From Candidatus Latescibacterota bacterium (GTDB lineage Bacteria > Latescibacterota > UBA2968 > UBA8231), in NCBI GenBank assembly GCA_965217585.1, contig OZ244561.1, forward strand, positions 2,208,001 through 2,272,000: a stretch of 64,000 bases of DNA. The letters run 5' to 3'. Of this stretch, positions 28,046-38,579 are shown piece after piece (within the stretch, counting starts at the first letter, position 1; the number at the start of each line of letters is the position of its first letter). Below the pieces are notes generated by a model. It did no database searches. It saw only the letters and a list, made by a program, of their open reading frames with translations, and was not told the origin of the DNA. The translations under genes and the position numbers were made by a program.

Positions 28046-30856
28046 TCACGGTGAGGTGCGCGATTTCTCCCTTCGCTGTAAGGCCGCTTGTACTTGGGCG
28101 AGGTTGCGTTTGGCATCGGCGAAGTCAGTTTTGAGTTGGAGTGCTTTTTCGAGATAGAACTGAGCTTCTTTTAGCTTTCCTCGCCGGGCTAGCGCTCCTC
28201 CGAGATTGCTACAGGTTTCCGCCCGATCGGGCTGTAGCCGTAGCGCAGCCTTGTAGTGGTGGATCGCTTCGTCGAGGCGCCCCAATTGGTGGAATGCCAG
28301 AGCCAAGCCGTCCAAGGCCTGTACATCCTGGGGGGCGATTTCTACGACTTGGGTGTAATGGGCCCTCGCTTCTTCAAAGCGGTTCAAGCGCATTAGTACA
28401 TCCGCTAGAGTGCGCCTAGCCACTAGGTGCTCGGGGAGTTGGTGCAGGGCGACTGCCAATAGTCTCGAGGCGTCCAGATAGTTTCGGACGGCGATTAGGA
28501 TTTTGGCTTGCCGGAGGGCGGCGCTAGCGGCAATTTCCCGCAGGTTTTTGGTCCGTATTTCCTCAATGGTCCTCTTTTCATCTGGCCCAATAGGCATCAA
28601 GGTGGCGAAGGGTTCCAAATGCTTTTGCAAAAGATCGAGCGTCGGGAGCGCGTTTGTCCGATTTACAAAGGCTCGAGCGACCGCATAGTCGAGAACGGGC
28701 CGATCGTCTCTGTAGACCGGGGCCTCATTCGCCAGTTTGGCTAGACCACCAGATCCCATCAGATAACTGCCCAAAAAGACCTGTGGTCGATTGAGCCAGT
28801 AGAGGGGGCCTCCCCAGTGGCTGTACTCCAGATCGCGGCGAATTTTTTCGTTGGACAGACGTCCTTCGAGAACGGCCCGATCAATGGCGAAATCCCGTCC
28901 GCCGCCAATGAGCAGCAGTTCTGAAGTATTGTACCACAACAGACTGTGGGGAAAAGCCTCGAGAAAGCTTTGCACAGTGCTGCGGAAATGGTCGGCGGTC
29001 AAGAGAGACAAGGGGACAAATTGGACCAGAAAACCGCCAGCACGCAGCCGTTTTTGCACTTGGTTGTAGAAGTCGACCGTGTAGAAAGACGCCACGCCGG
29101 GACGAGAAAGTTGGCCCAATTCAAGGGAAATCACATCGTATGTCGAAGGGGTATGGCGCAAATAGTTGCGGCCGTCAGCGCCGATCAACTCGACTCTGGG
29201 ATCTTCCATCCAACTGGCGTCGAAATGGGGGCGGATAAAATCGAAGATGGTGGGTTCGATATCGACGCACTCTAAGTGGTCAATAGAGTAAAGCAGAAAG
29301 CGAGCCGCGGTCTGGCCGGTGCCGACGCCCACCAAGAGGACCCGCTTGGGATCGGGATGCAACAACATAGGGACGTGGGCCGCCATTACTTGGTGTGTCT
29401 TGCGGTCCCTACCCTGCCACCAGCGGTTGATCTCGAGTTGAAGTCCTTGATCTTGGCGGATGACCGCCAAGTTGGAGCCGTAGCCTTCGCGGAAGTCGAC
29501 AAGCTCTTCCCGCTCGCCCAGAAAGTCGGCGGGAATACGGGTGGCCATCAGGGAGGGAACTGCGAGCCATAGGCACAAGGAGAGCCCTATGAATGCCGCT
29601 TTAACGGCTAAGGTAGATGTGCGGTCGAGCCAGGTCCACGCAGCGAACCCAACAGCCAAGCTCGTGCCCGTGAGGAAGAGGAGACTGCTCTCCAGGCCGA
29701 AGAATGGCAGGCCCACAAAGCCGATCGCCAACGACCCTGCGATTCCCCCCAATGTGTTGACTGCGGCGATTTTCCCCGTGCCACCGCTCGCCGCGGATGC
29801 GTCCTCGACCACCATTCTCACCGCCAGCGGAAAAGACGCACCTCCTAAAACAGCAGGAGGCAGCAGTAAAACTGCATAAATCCACCACTCCTCCCCCAGA
29901 CGCCGCCAGATGTCAGATGGGAGCATCATTAGGAGGAGTACTACCAGCCCCAAAAACACTTGGATAACGCCGAAATACCGTGCTCTATGTATTGTCCCAT
30001 CAAAGAACAGGGAGGCGAGCACGCTCCCCAACACTAAACCCACTAGCACTACGGCCAAGGTCAGCGTATAAGTGTACACTGTATTGGCGATCAAAAGTCC
30101 CAAATAGCGCGTCCACAGCACCTCGCCTCCCAGCGCTACAAAGCCAACGGCAAAAAACAGCGCAAATACACCCCAATGACCTCTCTCTTCCGTCTCTAGA
30201 AGCCGGAGTCGAGCCAGTCCGCTTCTGGCGATTGGCAGAGACCCTGCGACGATGCCCACGAGCATGTTCAAAACTGCCCCGAGTCGTACTGTGCCCAGAA
30301 AGCCTAGCTCCGGCAAAAGGATGAATCCGGCGCAGACACAACCTAGGGCTGCGCCCAAGGTGTTGATGCCGTAGAGTAAGCCGACGGAACGGGCAATTTT
30401 GGCATCACTGCGCACAAACTGACGACAGAAGAGGGGGAGGGTGGCGCCCATGAGAACCGTCGGCGGCAAGACCACGAATCCCACTAGGACAATCCGAGTC
30501 AGGAAGTGCAAAATGGCGTGCCCAGCCAGGGATTGGTAGACGGTGCCGTAGAGGGAGTCTACCAATTCGAAGGCATATGGACTGGCTAGCACCAAAAGCC
30601 CTAGGCCGATTTCAACCAGAGCAAAAACGAGCAGAGGACGACCGGTCCGCTGACCGTAGCGCCCGAAGAGGTACGAACCGCAGGCTAGGCCTAAGAAGAA
30701 AACCGCTAGGACCGTGCTGAGGGCAAAGGTAGTGGAGCCGAATAGCAATGAAGCTTGGCGGATCCAGACCACCTCGTACACTAGGCCCGCAAATCCAGAG
30801 AGGAAAAAGCAGATGAGCGCAATCAGAAGCTGCACACTACGAGCGCCTGTAGCCAT
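28046..30856 (-). CDS. Fused MFS-like membrane domain / spermidine-synthase-like SAM-binding domain / TPR protein
   Basis: SGFAGLVYEVVW, MGATLP and YGINTLGA membrane motifs; VLLVGVGTGQT, CVDIEP, ADGRNYL and YDVI SAM-binding motifs; C-terminal TPRs. Confidence 0.88.
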   Translation of the reverse strand: MATGARSVQLLIALICFFLSGFAGLVYEVVWIRQASLLFGSTTFALSTVLAVFFLGLACGSYLFGRYGQRTGRPLLVFALVEIGLGLLVLASPYAFELVDSLYGTVYQSLAGHAILHFLTRIVLVGFVVLPPTVLMGATLPLFCRQFVRSDAKIARSVGLLYGINTLGAALGCVCAGFILLPELGFLGTVRLGAVLNMLVGIVAGSLPIARSGLARLRLLETEERGHWGVFALFFAVGFVALGGEVLWTRYLGLLIANTVYTYTLTLAVVLVGLVLGSVLASLFFDGTIHRARYFGVIQVFLGLVVLLLMMLPSDIWRRLGEEWWIYAVLLLPPAVLGGASFPLAVRMVVEDASAASGGTGKIAAVNTLGGIAGSLAIGFVGLPFFGLESSLLFLTGTSLAVGFAAWTWLDRTSTLAVKAAFIGLSLCLWLAVPSLMATRIPADFLGEREELVDFREGYGSNLAVIRQDQGLQLEINRWWQGRDRKTHQVMAAHVPMLLHPDPKRVLLVGVGTGQTAARFLLYSIDHLECVDIEPTIFDFIRPHFDASWMEDPRVELIGADGRNYLRHTPSTYDVISLELGQLSRPGVASFYTVDFYNQVQKRLRAGGFLVQFVPLSLLTADHFRSTVQSFLEAFPHSLLWYNTSELLLIGGGRDFAIDRAVLEGRLSNEKIRRDLEYSHWGGPLYWLNRPQVFLGSYLMGSGGLAKLANEAPVYRDDRPVLDYAVARAFVNRTNALPTLDLLQKHLEPFATLMPIGPDEKRTIEEIRTKNLREIAASAALRQAKILIAVRNYLDASRLLAVALHQLPEHLVARRTLADVLMRLNRFEEARAHYTQVVEIAPQDVQALDGLALAFHQLGRLDEAIHHYKAALRLQPDRAETCSNLGGALARRGKLKEAQFYLEKALQLKTDFADAKRNLAQVQAALQRREKSRTSP

Positions 30857-30956
30857 AGTAGGTGAATTGCTGCTTTCCAGATCGGGGATTATATTGCCGT
30901 AACCCTATGTATGGTAAAAAGAAAAAAGGGACCGCGACAACTGGATTGAGTCCGCG

Positions 30957-32345
30957 ATGTCTATTCACCGCTGCTGCAGCGCCTTTTGGGTTGTCCTACT
31001 CCTGTATGCCTGCAGCACTGATACCCATACCCCTCTTGAAAAGGCACACCCACCAGCACAGGATCCCGAAGGTGTGCGGTTGACCAACCGAGGGGCTTTC
31101 TTTTTAAAACAGAGCCAGCCGCGCAACGCTCTGACCGTTCTGCGTCAAGCCGCAAAACGGGTACCCAAACTCCCCTCAGTCCACTTTAACTGGGGGCTAG
31201 CCCACGTTCGTCTAGGTGAGTACGGGCTGGCTATCCCCCTCCTTCAACGGGCTGTGGGACTCGATTCGCTCAATGGTTCTTTTCGCTTTGTCTTAGGGAA
31301 TGCTCTTAGCGCCGAACACCGCTACCCCGAGTCGATACTCCATTATCAGCGCGCCATTGAGTTGGAACCAGAAAAGGCGCTCTATCGCTATCAACTCGGT
31401 AAATCTCTGAGAGCTACGGCAGATTTCGACGGGGCCATTGCCGCCTTTGAAGCAGCACTGGATTTGGAGCCTGATTTTGTAGATGCCCTCTACCACCGCA
31501 GCGAATTGCTCGGGCGCAACGATAGACCCGCCGAAGCCGAGGCTGGATACAAAAAACTGTTGGTGCTGGCACCTCAGCATGTAGCCGCTCTCGTCGCCTT
31601 GGCCACCTTGCAAACCCAAGTGGGGAGGCATCGAGAAGCCATGTCTGCCCTAGAACAAGCCATCGCCCGGCAACCGCGTCACGCCCAGGCCCACTATTTG
31701 CATCACCAAGTCCTCAACCGGATGAAGAGAGCCGACGAAGCGGCCAGAGCGCTGCAAATCTACCAGCGCTTAAGCATGGCCAAGCGCCACTATGACCAGG
31801 GACAAATCTACCTGCTCAAAGGTAAACAGGAGCAGGCAATCACCTCTTTCTCCGAGGCTATAGAGATCGATTCTTCTTTTGTTGATGCGTACCTCAGCTT
31901 GTGTATTGTGCATTTACAAGTAAATGACCCGCAAAGTGCTCGCCACCTCTTGGAGCGGATTCTCGGCTTAGCGCCCGAACATGTGGAAGCCCATTCGCTA
32001 TTGGGGGAAACGCATCTCCTCGAGAGGGATTTTGCCGCGGCCCAGAAATCATTTGCAGAGGCGATTGCCCTCGACTCTACTTCGGTGCGTGCTGTCTTTG
32101 GCCTAGGCCGATCCTCGTTATTGAGAAAAAACTACCAGCAAGCCGATGTCGCGCTGCGCCGCACCCTAGAGTGGGCCCCGACACATCTTCCCATCTATGT
32201 TGAGGCCCACTATGCTCTGGCCCTAACCCAGATTCAGCTCAAAAATTACGAGGAGGCCAAAACTTTATTCAAGAAGGTACTGGACCTGGATCCCGACTAC
32301 CCCCAAGCCGAGACCAAACTGGCTCGGTTGGAAGCATCTTTCTGA
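30957..32345 (+). CDS. TPR-repeat lipoprotein
   Basis: Lipobox LLYAC; continuous TPR repeats. Confidence 0.85.
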   Translation: MSIHRCCSAFWVVLLLYACSTDTHTPLEKAHPPAQDPEGVRLTNRGAFFLKQSQPRNALTVLRQAAKRVPKLPSVHFNWGLAHVRLGEYGLAIPLLQRAVGLDSLNGSFRFVLGNALSAEHRYPESILHYQRAIELEPEKALYRYQLGKSLRATADFDGAIAAFEAALDLEPDFVDALYHRSELLGRNDRPAEAEAGYKKLLVLAPQHVAALVALATLQTQVGRHREAMSALEQAIARQPRHAQAHYLHHQVLNRMKRADEAARALQIYQRLSMAKRHYDQGQIYLLKGKQEQAITSFSEAIEIDSSFVDAYLSLCIVHLQVNDPQSARHLLERILGLAPEHVEAHSLLGETHLLERDFAAAQKSFAEAIALDSTSVRAVFGLGRSSLLRKNYQQADVALRRTLEWAPTHLPIYVEAHYALALTQIQLKNYEEAKTLFKKVLDLDPDYPQAETKLARLEASF

Positions 32346-32376
32346 CAAGGATAAACTCCGCATCGCTCGCTACACT

Positions 32377-34755
32377 ATGTCAAACCGGTTTATTAATCGC
32401 ATCGGCATCTTCGTTGTTTTTTCTTCATTTTTAAGCTGCTCCGAGTCCAAAATATCCAAGCCAGAGAGCGACCAGCTCTACGAGGAAGGGTTGCTCTACT
32501 TTTACACCGACCGCCTTGACCTAGCCGGCGAACGCTTCCAGAAAGTATTGGAACTGGCACCCGACAGCACTGTGGCGCTAGTTCGTTTGAGCGAAATTAG
32601 CCTCAAGCAGGGGCGCAAAAATCGGGCTCAGAACATCCTGTGGGAGCTGTGTAGCCCAAGTGCAAGCCGCGATCTGAGCCAAGCCGATCCCATCCGTCTG
32701 ACCCTTCTACAGCTTCCGCCCGATTTGCGTGGGCGGCCCGAGGCGCGAATTCTCCAAGCGCGGCTCATGGCCTTTGAGGGCCGGGCTTTGGAAGCCCGAG
32801 CCATCGCCGCCCAGGTTTTGAGCGAGCACCCTCAGTCCCTGGATGCCCGCCTGCTCTTAGCCGAATTAGCTTTGAAAGCGGCCTCTACTATGGATTTGGG
32901 CAAAGCCCGCGATCTGAGCCGCCAAATCCTGCTCCAACTGCCTACTCATCGAGACGCGGGCCTGATGTTGCTCGAATCTCAACTACGACTAGGCGAATTT
33001 AATGAGGCTGTCGAAGTAGCTAGCTCTCTGCTCAAAGTCTACTCCGATGACGGTTATGTTGCGTTGCTAGCAGGCACAGCCGCATTTTGGGGCGACCATA
33101 GGGACGTTATCCCGTTGCTACGGCAGGCAGTAGACCAAAATCTGGACCACTATCCCGAACGTCTCAAAAGTCTGTGGCTGCTTAGATTGGCTTGGGAGCG
33201 ACAGGGCGGTTATCCGGTGGACTTGCCCGAGCGCTACCGCTTCAATCCCTTTGTCCAGATGTCGGCCAGCCGAGCAGTTGTCTTCGCCGATATTGGGCTC
33301 CAGGCCGCCGTCGATAAACGCGATCGGGGTCGGGGTAGTGCTTGGCTCGACTTCGACGGCGATGGCGATCTGGATATTTTTAGTGTTGGTATCCAGAGTA
33401 CCCACGCTCTCTACCGCAACGAAGGGCAGGGCCGATTTGAGGATGTAGCTCCTCTTTGGGGCTTGGACGATTCGCGAGGTGGTTGGGGGGGAACGGTCGC
33501 CGATTTCGATAACGATGGGGACGCCGATCTTTTTGTGACCCGAGACGCTTGGGAAGGCGCAGCCGCCAATTCCCTCTATCGCAACGAGAACGACCACTTT
33601 GTAGATGTGGCGCAAAGAGCGGGCCTAGACGAGGCCCAGGCCAGTTTTACTGCCGCTTGGGGCGATGTAGATCTCGACGGGTATTTAGATCTCTATGTAG
33701 CCAATGGGGTCATTGGAGATGGTGGACGCAATAATTTGTGGCACAACCAGCAAGATGGGACGTTTGCAGATATTGGCCAATCATCGGGAACAGCGGATTC
33801 GAGCAAGACCATCGGCACGGCCTTTGGCGATTACGATGGAGATGGGTATTTAGATCTCTATGCCGTAAATATTGGTGCGCCCAATCGGCTCTACCACAAT
33901 GAGACAGATGGCGCTTTTGTGGACAGAGCGGACCAAGCTGGGGTACTCTTCCCCCTGGAAGGTGGCTACGTAACCTTTTTTTTCGACTTTAATAACGACG
34001 GCCAACTCGACCTTTTCGCCTCGACTATGAGTGCTTTCGAGGATGTGCTCAATAGCTGGGTAGAGGGCCGCGCAATTGAACCCAACCGACCCTTTCTATA
34101 CCTTAATAACGGCGATGGAACGTTCACGGATATTGCAGTCCCAGCGGGTTTGGGGCGCTCGTTCGGCTCGATGGGCATTGGCCTAGGCGACGTCGACAAC
34201 AATGGTTTTCCGGACATCTACTTGGCCAATGGCGGGCCCGAGATGTACCGGTTCGAACCTAATGTCCTCTTTCTCAATCAGGGGGACGGTCGTTTTGTCG
34301 AAGCGACGTCCGCCGCCGGGATCGGCAATCTGGGCAAGGGACACGGCGCTACCTTTGCCGATTTTGACGCCGATGGCGATCTAGATTTGTACGCAGGCTT
34401 GGGCGGCCACTACGACGCCGACGTTTGGCCCAACAGTCTCTACCGCAACGACGGCCCCGTCGGCAATTATCTGGGGCTGAAACTGGTGGGTACAGCTAGT
34501 AATCGCGACGCCATTGGGGCGCGGGCCGTAGTTTATTGCGGTGCTCGACAAGTCCATGGCCAAGTGGCCAGCGGCTACGGTTTTGGTTCGAGCAATGCTC
34601 TGGCTCTGCACTTGGGGTTGGGTCAGGCTAACCAAGTGGAGCGGTTGGAGGTTATCTGGCCCAGCGGCAAAGGCCAAATTTGGGAAGAGGTGCCTGCCAA
34701 CCGCCTCTTGCGCATTGTCGAAGGCGAGGCCAACTACTCCATAGTCGGGGAGTAG
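32377..34755 (+). CDS. TPR + FG-GAP/VCBS repeat + ASPIC/UnbV (CRTAC1-like) lipoprotein
   Basis: Lipobox FLSC; N-terminal TPRs; repeated DFDxDGDxDL motifs; SNRDAIGAR...LHLGLG...VIWPSG ASPIC domain. Confidence 0.9.
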   Translation: MSNRFINRIGIFVVFSSFLSCSESKISKPESDQLYEEGLLYFYTDRLDLAGERFQKVLELAPDSTVALVRLSEISLKQGRKNRAQNILWELCSPSASRDLSQADPIRLTLLQLPPDLRGRPEARILQARLMAFEGRALEARAIAAQVLSEHPQSLDARLLLAELALKAASTMDLGKARDLSRQILLQLPTHRDAGLMLLESQLRLGEFNEAVEVASSLLKVYSDDGYVALLAGTAAFWGDHRDVIPLLRQAVDQNLDHYPERLKSLWLLRLAWERQGGYPVDLPERYRFNPFVQMSASRAVVFADIGLQAAVDKRDRGRGSAWLDFDGDGDLDIFSVGIQSTHALYRNEGQGRFEDVAPLWGLDDSRGGWGGTVADFDNDGDADLFVTRDAWEGAAANSLYRNENDHFVDVAQRAGLDEAQASFTAAWGDVDLDGYLDLYVANGVIGDGGRNNLWHNQQDGTFADIGQSSGTADSSKTIGTAFGDYDGDGYLDLYAVNIGAPNRLYHNETDGAFVDRADQAGVLFPLEGGYVTFFFDFNNDGQLDLFASTMSAFEDVLNSWVEGRAIEPNRPFLYLNNGDGTFTDIAVPAGLGRSFGSMGIGLGDVDNNGFPDIYLANGGPEMYRFEPNVLFLNQGDGRFVEATSAAGIGNLGKGHGATFADFDADGDLDLYAGLGGHYDADVWPNSLYRNDGPVGNYLGLKLVGTASNRDAIGARAVVYCGARQVHGQVASGYGFGSSNALALHLGLGQANQVERLEVIWPSGKGQIWEEVPANRLLRIVEGEANYSIVGE

Positions 34756-34779
34756 CCTACCACAGCGGACCTTTTGAAC

Positions 34780-36375
34780 ATGAGTAAACAAGGAAAACAG
34801 CCACAACTGCCGCATGACCAGGAGTACCGCAAGCTATTCGGTTTAGATATCTATCTGACTCCCGTGTTCTCGATCTCCAGTATTACCATCGTCGTCTTTG
34901 TCGTCGGGTCACTCGTCTTCCAGGAAGCCGCGACGGAAGTTTTCAAAAATACCCGCGAGTGGCTCACGACAAACCTCGATTGGTTTTTCTTGATTGCTGC
35001 CAACCTCACCTTGCTCTTTTGCTTATATGTGGCATGTTCGCCTCTCGGCAAGGTGCGCCTCGGAGGGGTCGATGCAAAACCTGAATACTCTAACGCAACT
35101 TGGTTTGCCATGCTCTTTGCGGCCGGCGTGGGTATCGGTCTGCTGTTTTACGGGGTGGCGGAGCCGCTCTACTACTTCCAAAAGCCGCCGCTTGGCATCC
35201 CCGCCGGAACAGAAGAAGCCGCTGCCGTCGGCATCGCGGCAACCGTTTTTCACTGGGGGCTACACGGTTGGGGCATTTACGGCCTCGTTGGACTAGCTCT
35301 CGGATACTTCGCCTACAACCGGGGACTGCCGCTCACCATCCGCTCGGCGTTCTATCCCTTGTTCGGCGACCGCATCTGGGGCTGGCCCGGCCATATCATC
35401 GATACGTTCGCCATCTTCGCCGGTCTGTTCGGGCTTGCGACCTCGCTCGGCTTGGGGGTCAAACAGGTAACCTCCGGTTTGAATTATCTGTTCGGTGTTC
35501 CCGCGAATAACACCACCATGGTGGTGCTGATTGTGGTGATTACGTCCATCGCGCTGACATCGGTGCTGGCGGGTATTAATGTTGGAATCAAGCGCCTTAG
35601 CCAGTTCAACATAATTCTCGCGTTGTTGTTGCTGTTGGCGATTCTTGCACTCGGTCCGACGCTCTACATCTTCCGCAGTATGTTCGCTGCGCTCGGCAGC
35701 TATCTCGTCAAGATTGTGCCGCTCAGCAACTGGGTGGGGCGCGAAGACACGGATTTCCTGCACGGTTGGACGACGTTCTACTTGGCCTGGTGGTTTGCTT
35801 GGGCACCCTTTGTCGGCACGTTCATCGCCCGCATTTCCAAGGGCCGCACCGTGCGCGAATTCATAATTTTCGTGCTCATCCCGCCGATGGTTTTGTGTTT
35901 GCTGTGGTTTGGAACCTTTGGCGGCACGGCCCTGTACCAGCACACCGTTGAGGGCTATACCGGTGTAACCGAGAATGTTGCGGCGTGGAAGCTGGAAATC
36001 GCATTGTTCAAAATGTTCGACCAGATCCCGCTGACGAAGCTGCTTTCATCGGTGGCGCTCCTGCTGATCATCGTATTTTTCGTCACCTCGTCGGACTCCG
36101 GCTCGTTGATTCTGGACACCATCGCAGCCGGCGGCAAAGTTGACGCTCCAGTAGCGCAACGGGTCTTCTGGTGTACTATTGAAGGGTTAGTCGCCATCGC
36201 CCTCCTACTTGGAGGAGGGCTGAATTCGTTGCAGGCAGCCTCGCTCGCCACCGGCTTCCCGTTCGCTATTGTTCTCTTGGGAATGGCCGTCTGCGTCTGG
36301 ATAGGGCTGCGCGGCGAAGTGCGTGATCACACTGATTTAGTTGACGAAGCAACCGTTCCAAAAACGGACTCTTAA
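34780..36375 (+). CDS. BCCT family (betaine/carnitine/choline) transporter
   Basis: WFAMLFAAGVGIGLLFYGVAEP, FHWGLHGW, WTTFYLAWWFAWAPFVG, FFVTSSDSG motifs. Confidence 0.95.
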   Translation: MSKQGKQPQLPHDQEYRKLFGLDIYLTPVFSISSITIVVFVVGSLVFQEAATEVFKNTREWLTTNLDWFFLIAANLTLLFCLYVACSPLGKVRLGGVDAKPEYSNATWFAMLFAAGVGIGLLFYGVAEPLYYFQKPPLGIPAGTEEAAAVGIAATVFHWGLHGWGIYGLVGLALGYFAYNRGLPLTIRSAFYPLFGDRIWGWPGHIIDTFAIFAGLFGLATSLGLGVKQVTSGLNYLFGVPANNTTMVVLIVVITSIALTSVLAGINVGIKRLSQFNIILALLLLLAILALGPTLYIFRSMFAALGSYLVKIVPLSNWVGREDTDFLHGWTTFYLAWWFAWAPFVGTFIARISKGRTVREFIIFVLIPPMVLCLLWFGTFGGTALYQHTVEGYTGVTENVAAWKLEIALFKMFDQIPLTKLLSSVALLLIIVFFVTSSDSGSLILDTIAAGGKVDAPVAQRVFWCTIEGLVAIALLLGGGLNSLQAASLATGFPFAIVLLGMAVCVWIGLRGEVRDHTDLVDEATVPKTDS

Positions 36376-36390
36376 CAAGGGGGTGTTGTT

Positions 36391-37847
36391 ATGAGACTTT
36401 GGAATACATGCCTTGCGATGCTGGTCGCTACGGCCTTGCTCTGGCCCGCGTCGGTGCAGGCGCAGGCGATGGATCGGCGGGCGCTTCGTCGATGTGAACG
36501 CGTTTCCCTCCATCGCCATTGACCGCATTGAGGTACTCAAGGAGGGGGCCTCGGCCATTACGGCTCGGATGCAGTGGCCGGAGTGGCCAACTTCGTGACC
36601 CGCGACGAGTTTGCTGGCTTTGAAGTCACCGGCTCCTATGACCACTTTGCCCACGCCGGCGATTCCAACCTCGGCGCAATCTGGGGCGGGGCGCTCGGCA
36701 ATGCCCACGCCGTCGTTTCAGTGGAGCGGATGAGCCGTCAGGAACTCAAAGCCGAGGAGCGAGACTGGACGCTGCGCCCGTATACTCGCCCTACGACGGC
36801 ACCCATTTGGTCGAGCCGGGCAATCCGGGGCGGCAGGCGTTTTGCGCGACCTCTTGGGAGGTGGTGGGGTTTGACTCCCAAGACTCTTGTCTTGCCGACG
36901 ACTGGTACTTCTTTGGGCGGCTGGTGGGCAACAGCGGTCCCGGGCGGACCCTGAGCCGCGAGTCTCGCACCCAGCGGATCGCCGCGGCCTTTGATCGCGA
37001 CTTGGGCAAGAACGCCCGCCTCGACTTGGCGGCCAGTTACTCCCGTGCTACCGGCAACATCAACTTCCCGGCGGAATATCACTACCGCAAGTTCCTCGCC
37101 TTCCGCGGCCTTGGCGGTCCGGACTGCGGCGTCGGCGTGATGGCAGATGCAACCGCCCCGGCTGGAATGGCGCTTGCCGACCACGACAAGGTAGCTGGCA
37201 CAGGCGACTGCATGTACTACAACCCGTTCAGCAACGCCCTGCAGTACGCGCAGCAGCCGGGCGCGACGTTCGAGAACGAGGCCAATCCCGCCTACGCCCC
37301 CGGCCTCGAAAACAGCCCCGAACTACTCGCTTGGATCAACGAGGAAGTCAATCTGGACAACACCGCTACCTTGGAAGTCGTCGATGCCACCTACACCCGC
37401 GAGTATCATGTGCGGGCATTGCTCCTGAACGGACTTGAACTCCAACCGGCGCAAGAAGCCGCCGGCTACCTGAACGAGTCCATTCCGATTGTGGTGCCGA
37501 TTCCGCAGTGGAAATGGCGGCTCGCCATCGGCTACCACCGGGGCGGCTACAGCCTAGTCCAGCATCTGAACTACATCTCTTCCTACGAAGACCAGCGGGA
37601 GGCCGTGGACTCCGACTTCCGTATCATCGATCCCTTCTTCACGTGGGACCTGAACTTGCTGTGCAACTTGTCCGGTGGGATCGGCCTCACCTTCTCGGCA
37701 CTGAATCTGACCGACGCTGAGCCGCCCTTGGTCAACCGAGAACACGCCCACGACGGCTTGACCCATAGTTCCAAAGGCCGGCGGTTCAAGCTGGCGGTTA
37801 CCTATCAACTTCCGTTCGGGGGCATGGCGGGGAGGGGGACGCCGTGA
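36391..37847 (+). pseudogene. TonB-dependent receptor, fragmented by frameshifts and internal deletions
   Basis: Signal peptide from ATG at 36391; plug motif FVDVNAFPSIAIDRIEVLKEGASA / YGSDAVAGVANF split over two frames; barrel end NLTDAEPP...[11 protein letters not shown]. Total length is only about 1.45 kb. Confidence 0.85.
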
Positions 37848-38578
37848 CCAGAGCCCTAGGCGCGATATTGCGGCGGATCGTCGATGCGCTGCGCGATTTG
37901 GCTCCCATCATCATCGTCATCGCGTTCTTCCAACTCGTGGTGCTGCAGCAGCCCTTTCCAAATCTCGGGCGCGTCGCCGTTGGCTTGGTCTGCGTGATCG
38001 TCGGCCTGACGCTCTTCATCCAAGGACTCGAAAGCGGTCTCTTTCCCCTCGGCGAGGCCATTGCGCAGGCCTTTGCACGCAAGGGGAGCGCGACCGCGCT
38101 GTTGGTTTTTGCCTTTTGCTTGGGTTTTGGCACCACGGTCGCGGAACCGGCCCTGATCGCCATTGCCGCGGAGGCGGCCGAGGTCGCCGCGGAAGCCGGT
38201 GCCATTGCCGACGACGATGAGGTGCGCGCTGCGTACGCCTTTGAGTTGCGCATGGTGGTGGCGGTTTCGGTCGGCACGGCGATCGTGCTCGGCGTGCTGC
38301 GCATCCTCAAGGGCTGGCCGATCCACCGGCTGATCATCGGGGGCTATGTGCTGGTGACCGCAATGACCGCGTTTGCGCCCGCAGAGATCATTGGCGTGGC
38401 CTACGATTCCGGCGGCGTCACCACCAGCACGATCACCGTGCCGCTCGTCACCGCGTTGGGTGTTGGGCTCGCCACGTCAATCCGGGGGCGCAACCCAATG
38501 GTCGACGGTTTTGGGCTCATCGCGTTTGCTAGCTTGACACCCATGATCTTTGTACTGGCCTATGGTATGGTGAGCTGA
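37844..38578 (+). CDS. DUF1538 family membrane protein
   Basis: [36 protein letters not shown] motifs. Confidence 0.9.
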   Translation: MTRALGAILRRIVDALRDLAPIIIVIAFFQLVVLQQPFPNLGRVAVGLVCVIVGLTLFIQGLESGLFPLGEAIAQAFARKGSATALLVFAFCLGFGTTVAEPALIAIAAEAAEVAAEAGAIADDDEVRAAYAFELRMVVAVSVGTAIVLGVLRILKGWPIHRLIIGGYVLVTAMTAFAPAEIIGVAYDSGGVTTSTITVPLVTALGVGLATSIRGRNPMVDGFGLIAFASLTPMIFVLAYGMVS

Positions 38579-38579
38579 G

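Noticed and set aside
32662-32920. Short repeat ccgcgatctgagcc inside the ASPIC/TPR gene
   Set aside because: Two copies in TPR-like coding sequence; explained by internal repeat structure or a small duplication.
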